A DNA stretch of 57,157 bases from Basidiobolus ranarum (Eukaryota). The notes below the pieces were generated by a model. It was not told where the DNA came from. It was given only the letters and a program-made list of their open reading frames with translations, and ran no database searches. Position 1 is the first letter of the stretch, and each line of letters starts with the position of its first letter. The stretch is from contig JASJQH010006886.1 in the NCBI GenBank assembly GCA_040143965.1, positions 1 through 57,157 of the forward strand. Direction: 5' to 3'. A program made the position numbers and the translations under genes. Of the stretch, positions 1 through 13,989 are shown one piece after another.

Positions 1-1283
1 TGCAAAGTTTGGGGCTTCTTTGAAACTTCTATATATCTGAGAACTTCAAAGTTGGTGTCAATGTTCTAAATAAAATCCAATTGGAAATAATGGGTACTAT
101 CTTAGTGAAATATAAGGTAACTAAGTAGTAAGCTATATATGACTATATAGGTGTTTAGACAATGCTAATTTCAACAATTACAACAAAATTGCTATCAAGG
201 AGTATGTATAAGAGTTAAGGCAACAATAGAAGTAACATATCTTTGTAATTAGTTCAGTGAGAGAACTGAAGTGTATTGCATATACAATAGTTGCTATTTC
301 CAAGCTTCTATAACCAACCCACAAACCTCCAATTCTCTCAATATTAGTGCTGCTACTAATTTTACCTACTTTAAAGAAATTTAATGCTTTGTGGCTGTAA
401 CTTCATAAGTGGCAAATAGCAGCTACTATATGAAAATATAGTACTGTTACTGGAGAATAAATAAAATCAAATGAGCCTTCAGGAAGCTTCAAAGTTCCAG
501 AATATGAAACAGGTTTTCATCAAAAATATCCTTGCATCAAGTGTCTCGAATGTTTTGTATATTACAAGTGCTGACTTTCATATGTTAACTATACCAGTAT
601 GTAAATATCAATTCTTACTTGCACTTCAAAGTTTTCTATTATTTAATATTAATATTTTAAAGATTGAATTCTGTCAATGGAATACCCAGTGCCAACTGAC
701 ATTGCTCAAAGAAAGCACCAGTATTCTTGATAGCTAAAAAAGAAATAAATGTGGTAGAAGCACTCTGAATCGGCTCAAACTTGAAGCTCACATGAGGCTT
801 GTCTTGGGTAGAACACACCTGGCAAGATCAGTGAATCAGCAGTTTAATTAAGAATATAGTAGGGTATATTAGAGATACTTGCACAAGATTATATCAAATA
901 TGGTAGCAGTTTTCTAATAGACAAATTAGGCTATAACTGGGAACCAAACAACTGACAAAGTTGGGGGAGTTTCAGTTTGTTGTATATTTATAATAACCGA
1001 ATGCTTTACAGATCAATGAAAAGCATGTGCATTCTGACATATATCTGGGTGTGTTCGATACTCTTTGTAGATCAAAACTTGCTTGCAATCTTCATAAATC
1101 AAGATTCGTATTAGACATGGTTCATGCCTTTTCCATACAAAGTATATCTATAGCTTAATGACCTTGGAAGCATGTTTTAACTTCCATATAAGTAACTCTA
1201 GACCTGTGAATTCACTCTACTTGTAGCTCACCAACTTCAGCTTAACTTGGCAAGCTTTACATTAACTGAATAACTTTCAAGCA

Positions 1284-3458
1284 ATGAGCATTGAAACAGT
1301 AGTAAACGATTCGGTAGAACTTAGTTCTCCCTCAAGCACAGTTAAGAACGAAGAAGCCGCCACTTTGGAAATGAGTACTTCTTCTTTGGACATTAAAAAG
1401 AATGAGGTATTTCGGAGTGACTATATTTACTTTGAAGAATGAGAATACTTCTTATACTCCTGAATATCTTTACTATAGGCTATGGAGGTTGAGACTATGA
1501 CAGGTATTATTGCACCACGACTCAAAGTAGCTTATAATTTATTTACCTTAACGTTTTAATAGATACTATACAGTTACGAGAAGCGTTGAAAAAGCGAGTG
1601 GAGCAGTATCTCTCTAGAGAGAACTTGGCCTCAGACGCTTTTTTAGGTAAATTTGGTAAAATAAACCCTTTTTACCTCTTCAGTTGTTGACTCATTCTTT
1701 CTAAAGTTTCTCAAATGAGCTCAGAATTGTATATCCCAATATCGACAGTTGCTGACCTCAAGTCGGTCAAAAGTTTGACTACTAACTTGGATATTCTGGT
1801 AGAAGCACTCAAAGAATCCTCTCAAGTAACAGTAGATTCCACTGGCACCAAAGTTAAACCAAACTTTACAGTTCGAAGAAATACTATTATATTACGTGAT
1901 ATCTCATCCGAAGTCTCTCTAGAAGTTAGTGCAGAGTGAACATTGAAGGGGAATATGGATTAATCGCTATTTCTAATAGGAAATTAGGGGGATCTTCAGT
2001 GGTGATAAGAATCCAACAATTCAGGATGCTCACCCAGATGTTGGAGGTACTTGGTTTATCACGTTTGAAATGGAAGAGGACGCTTTGAAAATGCTTAATT
2101 TCATTCGTGGGAAAACATTTCAAGGAAAGCCTATCGCTGGTCGAATAAAATCTGAGAACATCTTAAAAGGCTTGTAAGTATCGATGTAAGATCAATTAAA
2201 TCTCTAACCAAAGTTAATCGTAATCATCGATTGAACAGCTACAAGCACGATGTGAATCCAAATACTACCCAGAGACCCGACTCCTACACGATATACTCAG
2301 ATAGCCACCATACGAATGGTACCAATCCATACGATGCTTTTGAATATCCCTATACAAATGATATGCAGCATAACTCCTATTCTCCTCATTATGAAAAGCC
2401 TGAATATAAACGAAGATTTACTGGCTCCTACCGTGGTAAAGGAGAGAATCGTAATAGTAATATTGCTCTATAATAATTAACATCGCCAAGTCTTACTAAT
2501 TAGGCATTCCCAATCACAAAATAGCTAACAAAGAACAGCATCAGTCACATCAACAACAATTTTATCCTGACCAGCATCAAATACAGCAAGCTCGGAAAAA
2601 AGATAAACAGACTCGGTCAGGGCAAGTCACTCGTACGCAAGACTCGGAAAGTACACCAGTAAAGGAACATCTCCAATTGAACCATCCAGAGAAGCCTGAA
2701 GAATTCGGCAAAGTTGAGAAAACCCATTACAAAAAGCAGCCCTCTATAACACCCCATAATAATCAAACCGACCAAAAAAATAAGTGGTCACAATATGATA
2801 AACCCCTACAGCCTGGGAGTAATACCAATAATCCATAATAACCTCAAGAAACTTTAGTTCTGACTCTCCTCTATAACCATTAGAAAACACCGGTAAGCCT
2901 GGATCAGAGCAATTCCCTCCCCTCCCTTCTAGGTCTGGTAATTCGACTCCAACTCAGCAAGGTCAGTTTTCTCAGGTTGCACAACAGGAAGGTATAATAC
3001 TCATCCCTTCTGAGCCATGATAGATAGGAAAGCCTACAGCCCACAAATCTCTATTTCGGAAATTGTCAAAGGTATCAAACCTGGAGATTTCAAGTCAGTG
3101 CATAAGATGGTAGAATCATTGGAGCGAGACGCTCAAGAAAGCAATATTGTGAAGTAGCAACCTATTTACTATGCTTTCACTACCGAAATAACAACTAATA
3201 CTGAGCTTACATAGATCTGAAGGCATAGTGGAGAATGAGGAAGGCGCATTTCAAGCCCAAAAACAACCCACGAATTCAAAAGAAAGGGAGAGCCCTGAGA
3301 AGCCAAATAAATCTTCAAGCAAGAACACTCGATCAAATGTGAATGAAATGGAGCCTTTAGGGGAGAATCTCGGTGTTAGGATAGCTAGGTTGACCGTCGA
3401 TATTTCAGGTGTTAGTTATGCTCAGATTTTGAGACAAAAGCAGCAGAAAACAGTCTAA
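1284..3458 (+). CDS. LARP4: La-related protein, LARP4-like (La motif + RRM-like domain, multi-exon)
   Basis: Spliced exons give LREALKKRVEQYLSRENLASDAFLVSQMSSELYIPISTVADLKSVKSLT (La motif), then RRNTIILRDI...WFITFEMEEDA...FQGKPIAGRIKSE (RRM-like), an FPPLPS motif and C-terminal SYAQIL. ATG 1284, GT-AG introns, stop 3458. Internal exons are approximate. Confidence 0.8.
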
Positions 3459-3876
3459 TCAAGTAGATTTATATAGCACTAAAAAGTGATTCAGGCTGTG
3501 ACTTTCGATTGTTTATGAACAATGGCATTCCCTATCTTCCATAATAGTTCGATAATAAATCATTAAATGCGAACACTGATCAGTTTTTAAACCATAACGC
3601 TTAAGTTAAACGACAAAGCTTAACCAATGAAATATTTCCACGGTTCATCACTCGATATCACATGCAAATAGTCGAATAATCCAGTACAAATAGAAATCGT
3701 TTTCTTAAATAACCTTGTGTCGTTACACATATAGGTTCTCGCTCATTAACATGGACAAATATAAATAAAATTACCACAAAAGATTAAACTAAGAATATCG
3801 ACTTGATCAAGATAGCCCAACGCCAGATTTATATCAGAAAAACTTTAAATATATCACCCAACATTGCTAATGATAG

Positions 3877-5119
<1,243 letters not shown>

Positions 5120-5817
5120 AATATAAATGCTTTTGTAAGAATATCTTGTGATAAGATCTAAAATAAATACCTACGAAACCTTCTTGACAGTGAGGTTGAT
5201 ATTGTATGCCGGGTCCATTGGTCGATGTATGTTTAATATTTATACTCCACTGGTTAGTAGCAAAGCAAAACCTGTTAGGATACTGCGGAAGACCACTTCT
5301 GAATCATTCCTAGGCCGAATGCATCTAAATTCTACCTTAAAAGAATGAAACTAGCGTAGTGTACCCGTAAATTACAATAAAATCAATTAATAATTATATA
5401 CATTAATGCTGAAAAGCATAGGTTAAACCACTTTTTCGCCGGTATATTAGCCGAAAATATCGGCGATTTTCTATTTGATTGATGGCTTGTGTAACATATA
5501 TATAAATTAGGTAAACCCAATATCGACGCTCAAGGCAATAAAATTTTTTGTCATCATTGGTATGGAAGGAATTGTCTTCAACGAAATATTTCGGTTCCTC
5601 CCCACTTTACCCCAATTTTCTAAACAGGTGTACCGAAGTTTTTGGTTGGTTTGAGGTGTAGTAATTACCACTACATGCAATTCTAATTCTGCACAGAGCT
5701 CCTTTACTGTAATATTAGATTTCGTACACTTATCAAAGCCCGTTTGGTTTGATCGATATCATAGATTTTGTGAAAGTCAGCTTATTCCCTGTTGCTTGAC
5801 CTTTGCAATCATCTTTG

Positions 5818-7782
5818 ATGCGCTCAACTCGTGCTTTCTTACGCCTAGGTCGCTCTATCAATAGGCTACAGACCGGTACCGAGCCCATCGTGAGTAGCTG
5901 GTGGTGTAGCTGCAAGAATGAACGAAAGTTTAGTGGGTTATCCACAAGTCGGGATCAGTCTTCCCCTATGAAATTGTTCCCTATGAATCATGAGCCTTCT
6001 TATTCTAGCGCCCTTTCAAAGAACAAAATTACCATTCAATGCGAGAATAGGCAGATAAATACCGCTCTAGGGTTAGATATACTTCGAATCCTTTCCACTC
6101 AACAACCCGTTACGGAGCTCACTCGCCTCCAGCTTCCTAAATCAGTATCCGACTCTCTTATCTCCACCGACTCTCCTCTCGAAAGATGGCGAATCCTTTT
6201 CAAATACCAAATAGCTTCACAAATGGAAATCCCTTTTGAATTCTATGTTGCTTATGTAAACCGGTTACTGAAAAATCATTTAATGGCTGAGCTGATCGAA
6301 GTATTCAATACTTTGTCCACAAAAGCACAAAAGGAAGCACTTTTATTCGAACTTCTCGTTCGTCCACTACCAACTATTGAATCTACTAGCTATCTTTCCC
6401 TTCTTCGGTTACTTATTCCCAGTCAAATTCATTTCACCCAAGAGATAGTCGATCGAGTGACCCAACTTTTTGTGAATCTAGGCGACATCGATTCTTTACT
6501 GAAGATTTCCCGGGGAATACCGAAACAACTGCATTTGAGTCCAAGTTTATTTAATAACCTCATTGTATATTTTCTGATGAAAGATGATGTGAACCTTACT
6601 ATGAATTATTACGCCATGGCAACCTCCTCGAAGACGAAAATCTACCCATCTACTTATGCTGAGTTAATCACAATGTGTATGTCACATGATCGGCCGGAGG
6701 ATGGAATGGTGGTGTATAGGGATTATATGCGGTCTCTCCCTCGTTCAAACAACTGGAGGGGTCGTACCGCTAGAGTGGATACACGGATCTTCAACACTCT
6801 AATCCTTGAGCACTCGAATCGCGGGCGTATGCAAGAAGCACACCAAGTACTTAACGATATGCTAGCGATGGGGGTATTCCCGTATAGTCGAGTGTACGGA
6901 TATATAGTGGCAGGATACGTAAAACAAGAAAACTTCAAAAAAGCCCACTCCATCATTCGAAAAATGAGGGAAGTGAATAGGCGTGTGCCGACGATTGTTT
7001 ACAACAGTTTGATTAATGGGGTAGTGGAGGCTGGTCGCATGAATGAAGCAGTGGAAATATTTAATGAAATGCTCGAAGGCCAAACAAAAGCTAACCATTA
7101 CGTCTGTACAACATTGATCAATGGATATGCCAAGGTTGGTGATATGCTACAGGCTAATAAATGGTTTACTTGGATGAAGAAAAACGATATCGAACCAAAT
7201 GTGTTCACCTACAATGCCTTGGTCAACGGATACATGAAACAGTTGAAGGTGAAGAATGTCCAGGAAGTGTTGGAAGAGATGACTGCGCGCGGAGTATCCC
7301 CCAACGTGGTGACATATACGTCGTTAATTTACCAAGCGAATCACTCACTAGATACCAGCACAGCCATGAACCTATATCAAAAGATGCTCGAAGCAGATAT
7401 CACACCGGACGTAGTAACGTACGCAGTCCTCTTGCAAGGTTATGTCCAGAGCTTTGACGTTCAGGGTGCTTGGAAGCTCTATGAAGAGATGAGAAAAAAC
7501 CGAATTAAACCCGACGTATACGTATATTCATCACTACTAGATCTTTTCGCCAAAGTCAAAGATATGGAGAGCGCACGGATTGTGCTGGAGTTGATGAAGA
7601 AAGATCAAGTGGATCCTAACATGTATTCATATTCTTCTCTGCTGACGCTATGCTTTAGATCCAATGATCGAACGAACGCCAGGTGGGTTTACGAAAAAAT
7701 GAACGAAATTTCCAACTCCACTTCCCATACCACAACCAAGCCATCAAGGATAGGCTCATTCAATGTTCCAGCCGGCATTTAA
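5818..7782 (+). CDS. Pentatricopeptide-repeat (P-type PPR) protein, probably mitochondrial
   Basis: Intronless ORF from ATG 5818. Arg/Ser-rich N-terminus (MRSTRAFLRLGRSINRL) resembles a mitochondrial presequence. About 11 tandem 35-aa repeats such as VFTYNALVNGYMKQLKVKNVQEVLEEMTARGVSPN. Confidence 0.9.
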   Translation: MRSTRAFLRLGRSINRLQTGTEPIVSSWWCSCKNERKFSGLSTSRDQSSPMKLFPMNHEPSYSSALSKNKITIQCENRQINTALGLDILRILSTQQPVTELTRLQLPKSVSDSLISTDSPLERWRILFKYQIASQMEIPFEFYVAYVNRLLKNHLMAELIEVFNTLSTKAQKEALLFELLVRPLPTIESTSYLSLLRLLIPSQIHFTQEIVDRVTQLFVNLGDIDSLLKISRGIPKQLHLSPSLFNNLIVYFLMKDDVNLTMNYYAMATSSKTKIYPSTYAELITMCMSHDRPEDGMVVYRDYMRSLPRSNNWRGRTARVDTRIFNTLILEHSNRGRMQEAHQVLNDMLAMGVFPYSRVYGYIVAGYVKQENFKKAHSIIRKMREVNRRVPTIVYNSLINGVVEAGRMNEAVEIFNEMLEGQTKANHYVCTTLINGYAKVGDMLQANKWFTWMKKNDIEPNVFTYNALVNGYMKQLKVKNVQEVLEEMTARGVSPNVVTYTSLIYQANHSLDTSTAMNLYQKMLEADITPDVVTYAVLLQGYVQSFDVQGAWKLYEEMRKNRIKPDVYVYSSLLDLFAKVKDMESARIVLELMKKDQVDPNMYSYSSLLTLCFRSNDRTNARWVYEKMNEISNSTSHTTTKPSRIGSFNVPAGI

Positions 7783-8090
7783 TCACTGTTCATATGCATA
7801 TTCTCATTTCAGTACTTTTTTCTCTTCTCTCAATATTCTCTTTTTATGACTCCCCTCCAACCCTCCCCATAGTTAACACAAGAAAGTTGTTGAAGCAAAG
7901 ATTCTTGTATAAATTATTATGGAATTCCCAACTCAGCAAACCCTCACATTTCATGTACTAGACTTTTCATTTAAAAGCATCGATTGAACAACATCCGCAT
8001 CAGATCCTCTTCATTCTCATAATCCAAATAAAATTGTAGGAATAATTTATTTTCTAGAGGCTCCATGTGAATTAATATATACAATCAAGG

Positions 8091-8910
8091 CTACTTGGTG
8101 AATAAATATTGGATTCCTAGGACTAGGGATGCGACAGACACCACGGGTGCTGCAAGATAGAATAGAGTTGTAAAGATAGAAGGTTGAAGTTCATAAAGTA
8201 GAGCCTTCACTTGTTCTTGAGTTTCATCTATCGTACCGGTATTGTAAATCACGATATCAGCCAATTCTTTCTTCTTCTCAATGGACATTTGAGCATTAAC
8301 CCGGTTTTGAGCCGCTTGAAAAGTAGAACCATCACGAAGAGTCAAACGTTGAAGTTGAACTTCAGGTGAACTAAAAAATAAAACAAATACTTGTTAATAA
8401 ATATATGAATATTCCACTAAATAAACCATTTCTTACCAATAAACCACCATCACACAACTCATAAATTTATCAAGTTTTGTTTCATAGAGCAAGGGGATGT
8501 CCATAAATATCATAGAATGTCCAGTTATATAATAGTATAATACTAGTTCTGCCATACGTCTTCGCACATAGGGATGAGTACAGCGATTTAGTTTCTCTCG
8601 TGCTTTTTCGTCAGTAAATATGATGGAACCTAGTTTAGCTCTATCTATCTCTCCGTTACTTTGAAGAACATCGGTTGAAAAAGTTTTGACGATCTGATTA
8701 TAAGCAGGTTTTCCAGGATATAGAATCTCTCTTGCAATCAAGTCAGCATCTATGATGGGATAACCAGCATCGGAGAGTATACGAGAAACCGTTGATTTAC
8801 CTACATACGAGAAGTGGAAAACCATGAACCTTTCATTTTAAAAGAATACCAAGGACATACTTTTCTTACTCACCAGTTGATATTCCTCCAGTTAAACCTA
8901 CTATTTTCAT
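8091..8910 (-). CDS. CAB5: Dephospho-CoA kinase with C-terminal TM anchor (3 exons)
   Basis: MKIVGLTGGISTGKSTVS P-loop across intron 1, IIDADLIAR, IDRAKLGSIIF, DIPLLYE, hydrophobic C-terminus. Confidence 0.92.
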
Positions 8911-9501
8911 GTTGCTTATTCCTTTTTACAAACTAGAAGATATTCGAAAAGTACCTGTTATCTTGGTAAATGAACTTTATCAACCACTTTCGACGCTTAG
9001 CATTTATGCCAGGAAAAAGCATGTGACTTGGTGATTTGGAATTACTATATACTTGTGTAATGTATATATATCTGTATGATTACATTGGTTTCAGGATCAA
9101 CGAAATCATAGTACTGTAACTGGGCTTTTGATTGGCGAGCACATACATAGTCATGGACTAACAAATAACGATAAGAAATATTTTATGGAAAGAAGACAAC
9201 GACATAAGGTGGTACATGGAAAACCTTTCGAAATAATAGAAGAAAGAAACTTGATGCGTATTTACACCTAAACAAGAAACAAAGGACAATAAAAACCTAG
9301 AACAAGTGGGTTGGGAGAGTAAATTAAATCAAGGTCAGGTATTAACCGTAAGTGAAGGGAGGAGAGGAGAGGGGAGAGAGAACGATTTAAAGTTTTAGTA
9401 ATGAAGGATAAACGAACGCAACGAAGTCAAATGATTCCAAACATGATAAATACATCGGATAGAGGGCATAACATCTATTGCATTTTGTTGTTCTTTAGAT
9501 T

Positions 9502-11860
9502 TTACCCAAATCGTGTTGAGCTGGATTTGCGGAATGATGGGTTTGATGGTCCTGTTTGTGGTGGCCTAAATTTGAATTCGGCAAGGAGGCAAATATGACT
9601 AGATAAATCAATAAAGAATGTTAGTTGTGTTCGTGGACTTCTACCTGCAATGATAGTTTGCTTACTCTGAAGGGTTTTGCGCATTGGGGAATCCAACATT
9701 TCTTGAGACATATTCTTTGTCCAAGCTGCCCAAAACACCATTGACATTCAATGTGCTCGTGTTGAACCAGATATAGTCTATAACTCCAGTAAAGTGAGCA
9801 GTAAAGTTGGTAAACGGCAATTCGCCAATCTGAGAATATGCACTACGAAGAGGAAGCTTGTGGGACAATCCCTTGGATGTAAAAGCTCCGTAGTTGTAAG
9901 GTCCTATATCTTCGTGATCCGAGGCAACCACTCCTCGAGACAACAATTCGTAAACCCCAGAGGTTGGATGTGAATTGAAATCACCACATATAATGGTCGG
10001 GAACTTGGAGATGGTAGCATAATCTAAATTAAAGGTTTTAATCCACTCATTGCCACAGCGTGACAGCTCATCTAGAAGCATTCCAGCTTGAACAAGTTTG
10101 ACATCGGCGAAAGTAGGATCCCAATGAAGATGTGCATTGGCGATGGCTATCTTCTGCTTGGTGTCCTTGGTTTCCAATAAAGCTAATCCAGATATATGGT
10201 CTTTTGTCATGAACCGATTAAAGAAATCCTCAGTCTTCTCAAAATCGGGGCGCTGCATAGCCACTTGAGTGAATTCAATGACCTTTTGATCAAGAAGCGA
10301 AAACCTGGTTTCCGAGAATTAGGTTGGATATCCCACTATTAAATTTCGTTTTTGTATAAGGTACTTACGAAGAAGATTTAAAGAAAGTAGCACATCCATC
10401 GACTGATTTACGTTCCCACTCGCTCATGGTTTTGGCCCTACTCTTTACCCAGAACACCCCCTCGTACTCAGCCTGTTTCAACTGCTCGCGGAAGAATTCT
10501 TCGTATTGAGAAGTCTCCACTTCCTTGAATGGTAATTTAGAATACATTCTGCAGTGCTAATGGATTAACTTAGGGAAATGTTACCTGAAGACAAATGATA
10601 TCCGGACTATAAGATAGAATTTCCTGGAGAATCAAATCCTTTCGATACTCCCATTCAAGAGCCCAAGAAGGAGTGTATCCATATTGCTGTGAAGTGGCAT
10701 ATTTCTCACTCAGGATGTTGTATGTTAAAATAGTAAAGGCATCTAAACGACAAAACATGGTTATTAGCCATACAAGCAATAGCAAGAGAAGATCGCTCGG
10801 TTCTTACCATCATCAGTATTGGAGTCGCTCTTCTCACTTTCAAAGGTGAGCCACTCTCTTTCCGGCGGTGGTGGAGGAACTGCACACAATAGTTAATTTC
10901 GTTAGAAGGGCAAATAAATAAAAATAGTGGATGCTGCTTACCAGGACAACTATCCCTGAGATAACCAATCAAACCAGAGATTCCCTCTTTATACAAAATA
11001 GACATCAGTGGCTCTTTGATAGGATTTCCCTCAAGCCCAAGGTTCTCTAATTGGTACAATGTCCCGAGTTGTAACGGGATGGTTTCCAAAAGATTATCGA
11101 ACATGAGTAGCTCCTTTAGGTTGGTTAAGAAACCTAACTCGGCTGGGATAGAGGTAAGTTTGTTACCGGATACATCCAAGTGAGTAAGATTGGTCAAACG
11201 TCGGATTTCTGGTGACAAGAAGGTAAGATTGTTGTGATTCAAATACAAAGTGGTCAAGAATTCGTAGCCGAATAACTCCAAGCTAATGTTCTTCAGTCCC
11301 ATTCCTCCGATATCTAATACGGTCCACTGATTTCCTGACGCTCCTTTTCCTGAGGCTTCTTTGTCTTGTGACTTTTTGTTCAGGCCATTTATTGCCACTG
11401 AAGGATTATTCGGATCGGTAATAGTAATGGGATTACTATGAGCAGTAGAACGTGAAAGTGCAGCTGCTGTGCGAGCGTGATGGTGGGAGCTTGTAGACTG
11501 ACGTGAGATTTGTAGATGATTGATCTGGTGCTGATGGTGTTGAGTAGTCGGGGTAGGTAGGGGCATCATACTCAACAGATTGGCATTCGAAGAGGACTGA
11601 GAAGATTGGGACATTGACATAGGCGACAGTCCTGGATTTAAAAGACTCTTTTGAGATAGTCCTGGATACCTGGGCAACATACTGGAATACAACTGGTTAG
11701 ATCCATTGTATGCATTGAAGGTAGAGCCGGGAGAAGTTGAAGGTGAAGGAGTATGGTTAGGGGAACGAATGGGGCTGGTGTTGCCATAAAGAAATTGGGC
11801 CTGGATGGGATGGGAAGAGTAACCGGTGTAAGTGTGAAGTAAGTTATCTTTGTCGTTCAT
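9502..11860 (-). CDS. CCR4: CCR4 deadenylase (LRR + EEP nuclease) of the CCR4-NOT complex
   Basis: LRRs ([34 protein letters not shown]), [46 protein letters not shown]-(intron)-HICLLAEF. Confidence 0.95.
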
Positions 11861-12763
11861 TATCTAAATATTCAAGCAAAGTTGGGAAAGAATATGGTTT
11901 TTGGCGTGACACTCTCTATAGTTGGTTTGTTTTCCAACATGTGTTTCTGTTTGTGGTCTCTACATGAAAATGTGGATGAAATTAGTCTTCAAGATTTAGT
12001 AAAAGTTAGACGACAAATGTCTTACTGAAAAGATACAATCGTCGCTCAGACAGATCGCAATGACAGGAAGCTTGATATAGGAAAGAAACCTAAAAGAAGC
12101 ACGCGAGTTTAGACTAAATAGATCTAGATTAAAGTACAGATACATTATCCGTCACCTTCTGGCTTTTTTTTCAAAACGCGAAATATGAAGCAGAACTAGT
12201 TCCAAATGGAAAGTAGATCAGAGTTCCGATAAAAGTAAAGTGTAGAAAACGCAATCCGTGATATAACAAAGGAGGTGCGAAATAACAATTGCTTGTTGGA
12301 TTTTAATTTCATACTAACTACAGATCACGACGTATGGTAAGCGCTTTTCGCCCATGAAATCATTGGGCTAGAGCTTGGTATTAGGTGGTATATTGGCAAT
12401 TGTGGGTAAGATCCAACATGTGCAGATTAAAAAGGGACCTTGAATAGGTAACCAAATCTCCATGTCCATGCCAGGACAGAAGGATACAGGGCAATTATAC
12501 CTAGTTAGGTGCTACCAGTGGATTACGTCCATAGGTATTAATCCATGGAATGGTAGGTTGCTGACGTGATGGATTCTTTATAAGGAAACTCCTTTGATAT
12601 TAGCGCGATTAGCATCCGATGCTTTAAAAGTTTTATTAATGAAAGTAACGGGAATCTATTCAGTTTAGCATTTTCTTTAACAGAATATAAAGTTGTGCAC
12701 GCGGATCCCGGTTGATGATAATAGGTTTGCCGTATAGATATCACAAAATGAAATGAATAAAGT

Positions 12764-13684
12764 TTACAGATTTTCTTCAGGAGTAACTTCGGATTCCTGC
12801 GTTGCTGGGATTTCTTCTGTTTCCTTTAATTTCTCTTTTTCATTGAGCAGTTCTTCATACTTCTGTGCCTTTTCTTCTACTATCTGCCGAGCATTGGCAA
12901 CAGAGATACATGCATTTAATGCTAAAGCGTCCGAATATGTGTTAGCTAAATACTTTTAGTAAACATTGTAAAATACGATACATACCACGCTTAAACTGAG
13001 TTTGGGTTTCACGTAAGGCCGGCGGTGTCAGAAATCCAAACCAAGTAGCCGGGTCACGAATGGGTGCTACATCCTCTTCAACAGAATCTTCGTCGACTTT
13101 CTCTTTAGAGGATGGAATTTTTGATTCTTCGGGTTGAGGCTCCTTTTCTTCTTCATCAGTAGTGGGTTTTTCGGAGGTTGTATCCTTATGGCGTCTTCGT
13201 ATATTCCCTTCAGTCGCTTCCTCGTCTTGAGCTGGTTTGGGTTTTTTTTGAAGTCGAGAAATTTCAAGAAATTCAAGGGCTAAGGCCAAATCGGTTACTG
13301 TTTCAGAGTCATCTTGCTGAACTTCTGGTTTACTAGGAAGTAAAACTTCAGCGAATGAAAAGTGAATTTCCCTTTTAAATTGAACCTTAATACACTTACG
13401 CCACGACAGCACTTGCAGACATTCTAGAGTCATATGAAATTTGAGAAAGCTGACTTGCACCCATAATATACTTAGCTTGGCCCAAATGGAAAAATCCCTT
13501 TCAAGTAAATAAAATTAGAACATAAACACCATGTTGTTTGATAACTCCTCTAATTCTAAAATTTCGAATAAAAGGCTACCTCTTTGAAACAGTTTTTGAG
13601 ATTTTCCAGGTGTGTTTGATAAACATCCATCTCGGACATATACTCCACAAGAGCTGAATCTATTTTGGTTGATAGGCTTTCCAT
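12764..13684 (-). CDS. VMA22: V-ATPase assembly factor Vma22/CCDC115 (multi-exon)
   Basis: N-terminal coiled coil, then GFFHLGQAKYIMG...YDSRM and RDPATWFGFLTPPALRETQTQFK, typical of CCDC115/Vma22. Confidence 0.8.
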
Positions 13685-13989
13685 TAGAGGTAAATTAGAG
13701 AAATAAAACCACACTGCTTGGCTAACAAGCAAGATATAAGGAATAGAAATCAACGGAGAAGGTTCCAAATACTCGGTTACATTTAGTCATATTGCAAATA
13801 AGTAACCTCATTTTATCCATGTTTAAATGGATAGTGGGGGGACTTAAATATTGCAGAGATTGATTGAAATTTATTGAGCATTTAATAGATCAATAGTTTG
13901 AAGTTCAAACTTAAACAGTCAAATAATATATAGTCTAGTGGTTTATTACGTGCAAGTCCACTTCCTTGCCTTTACACTAATTTTTTAAA

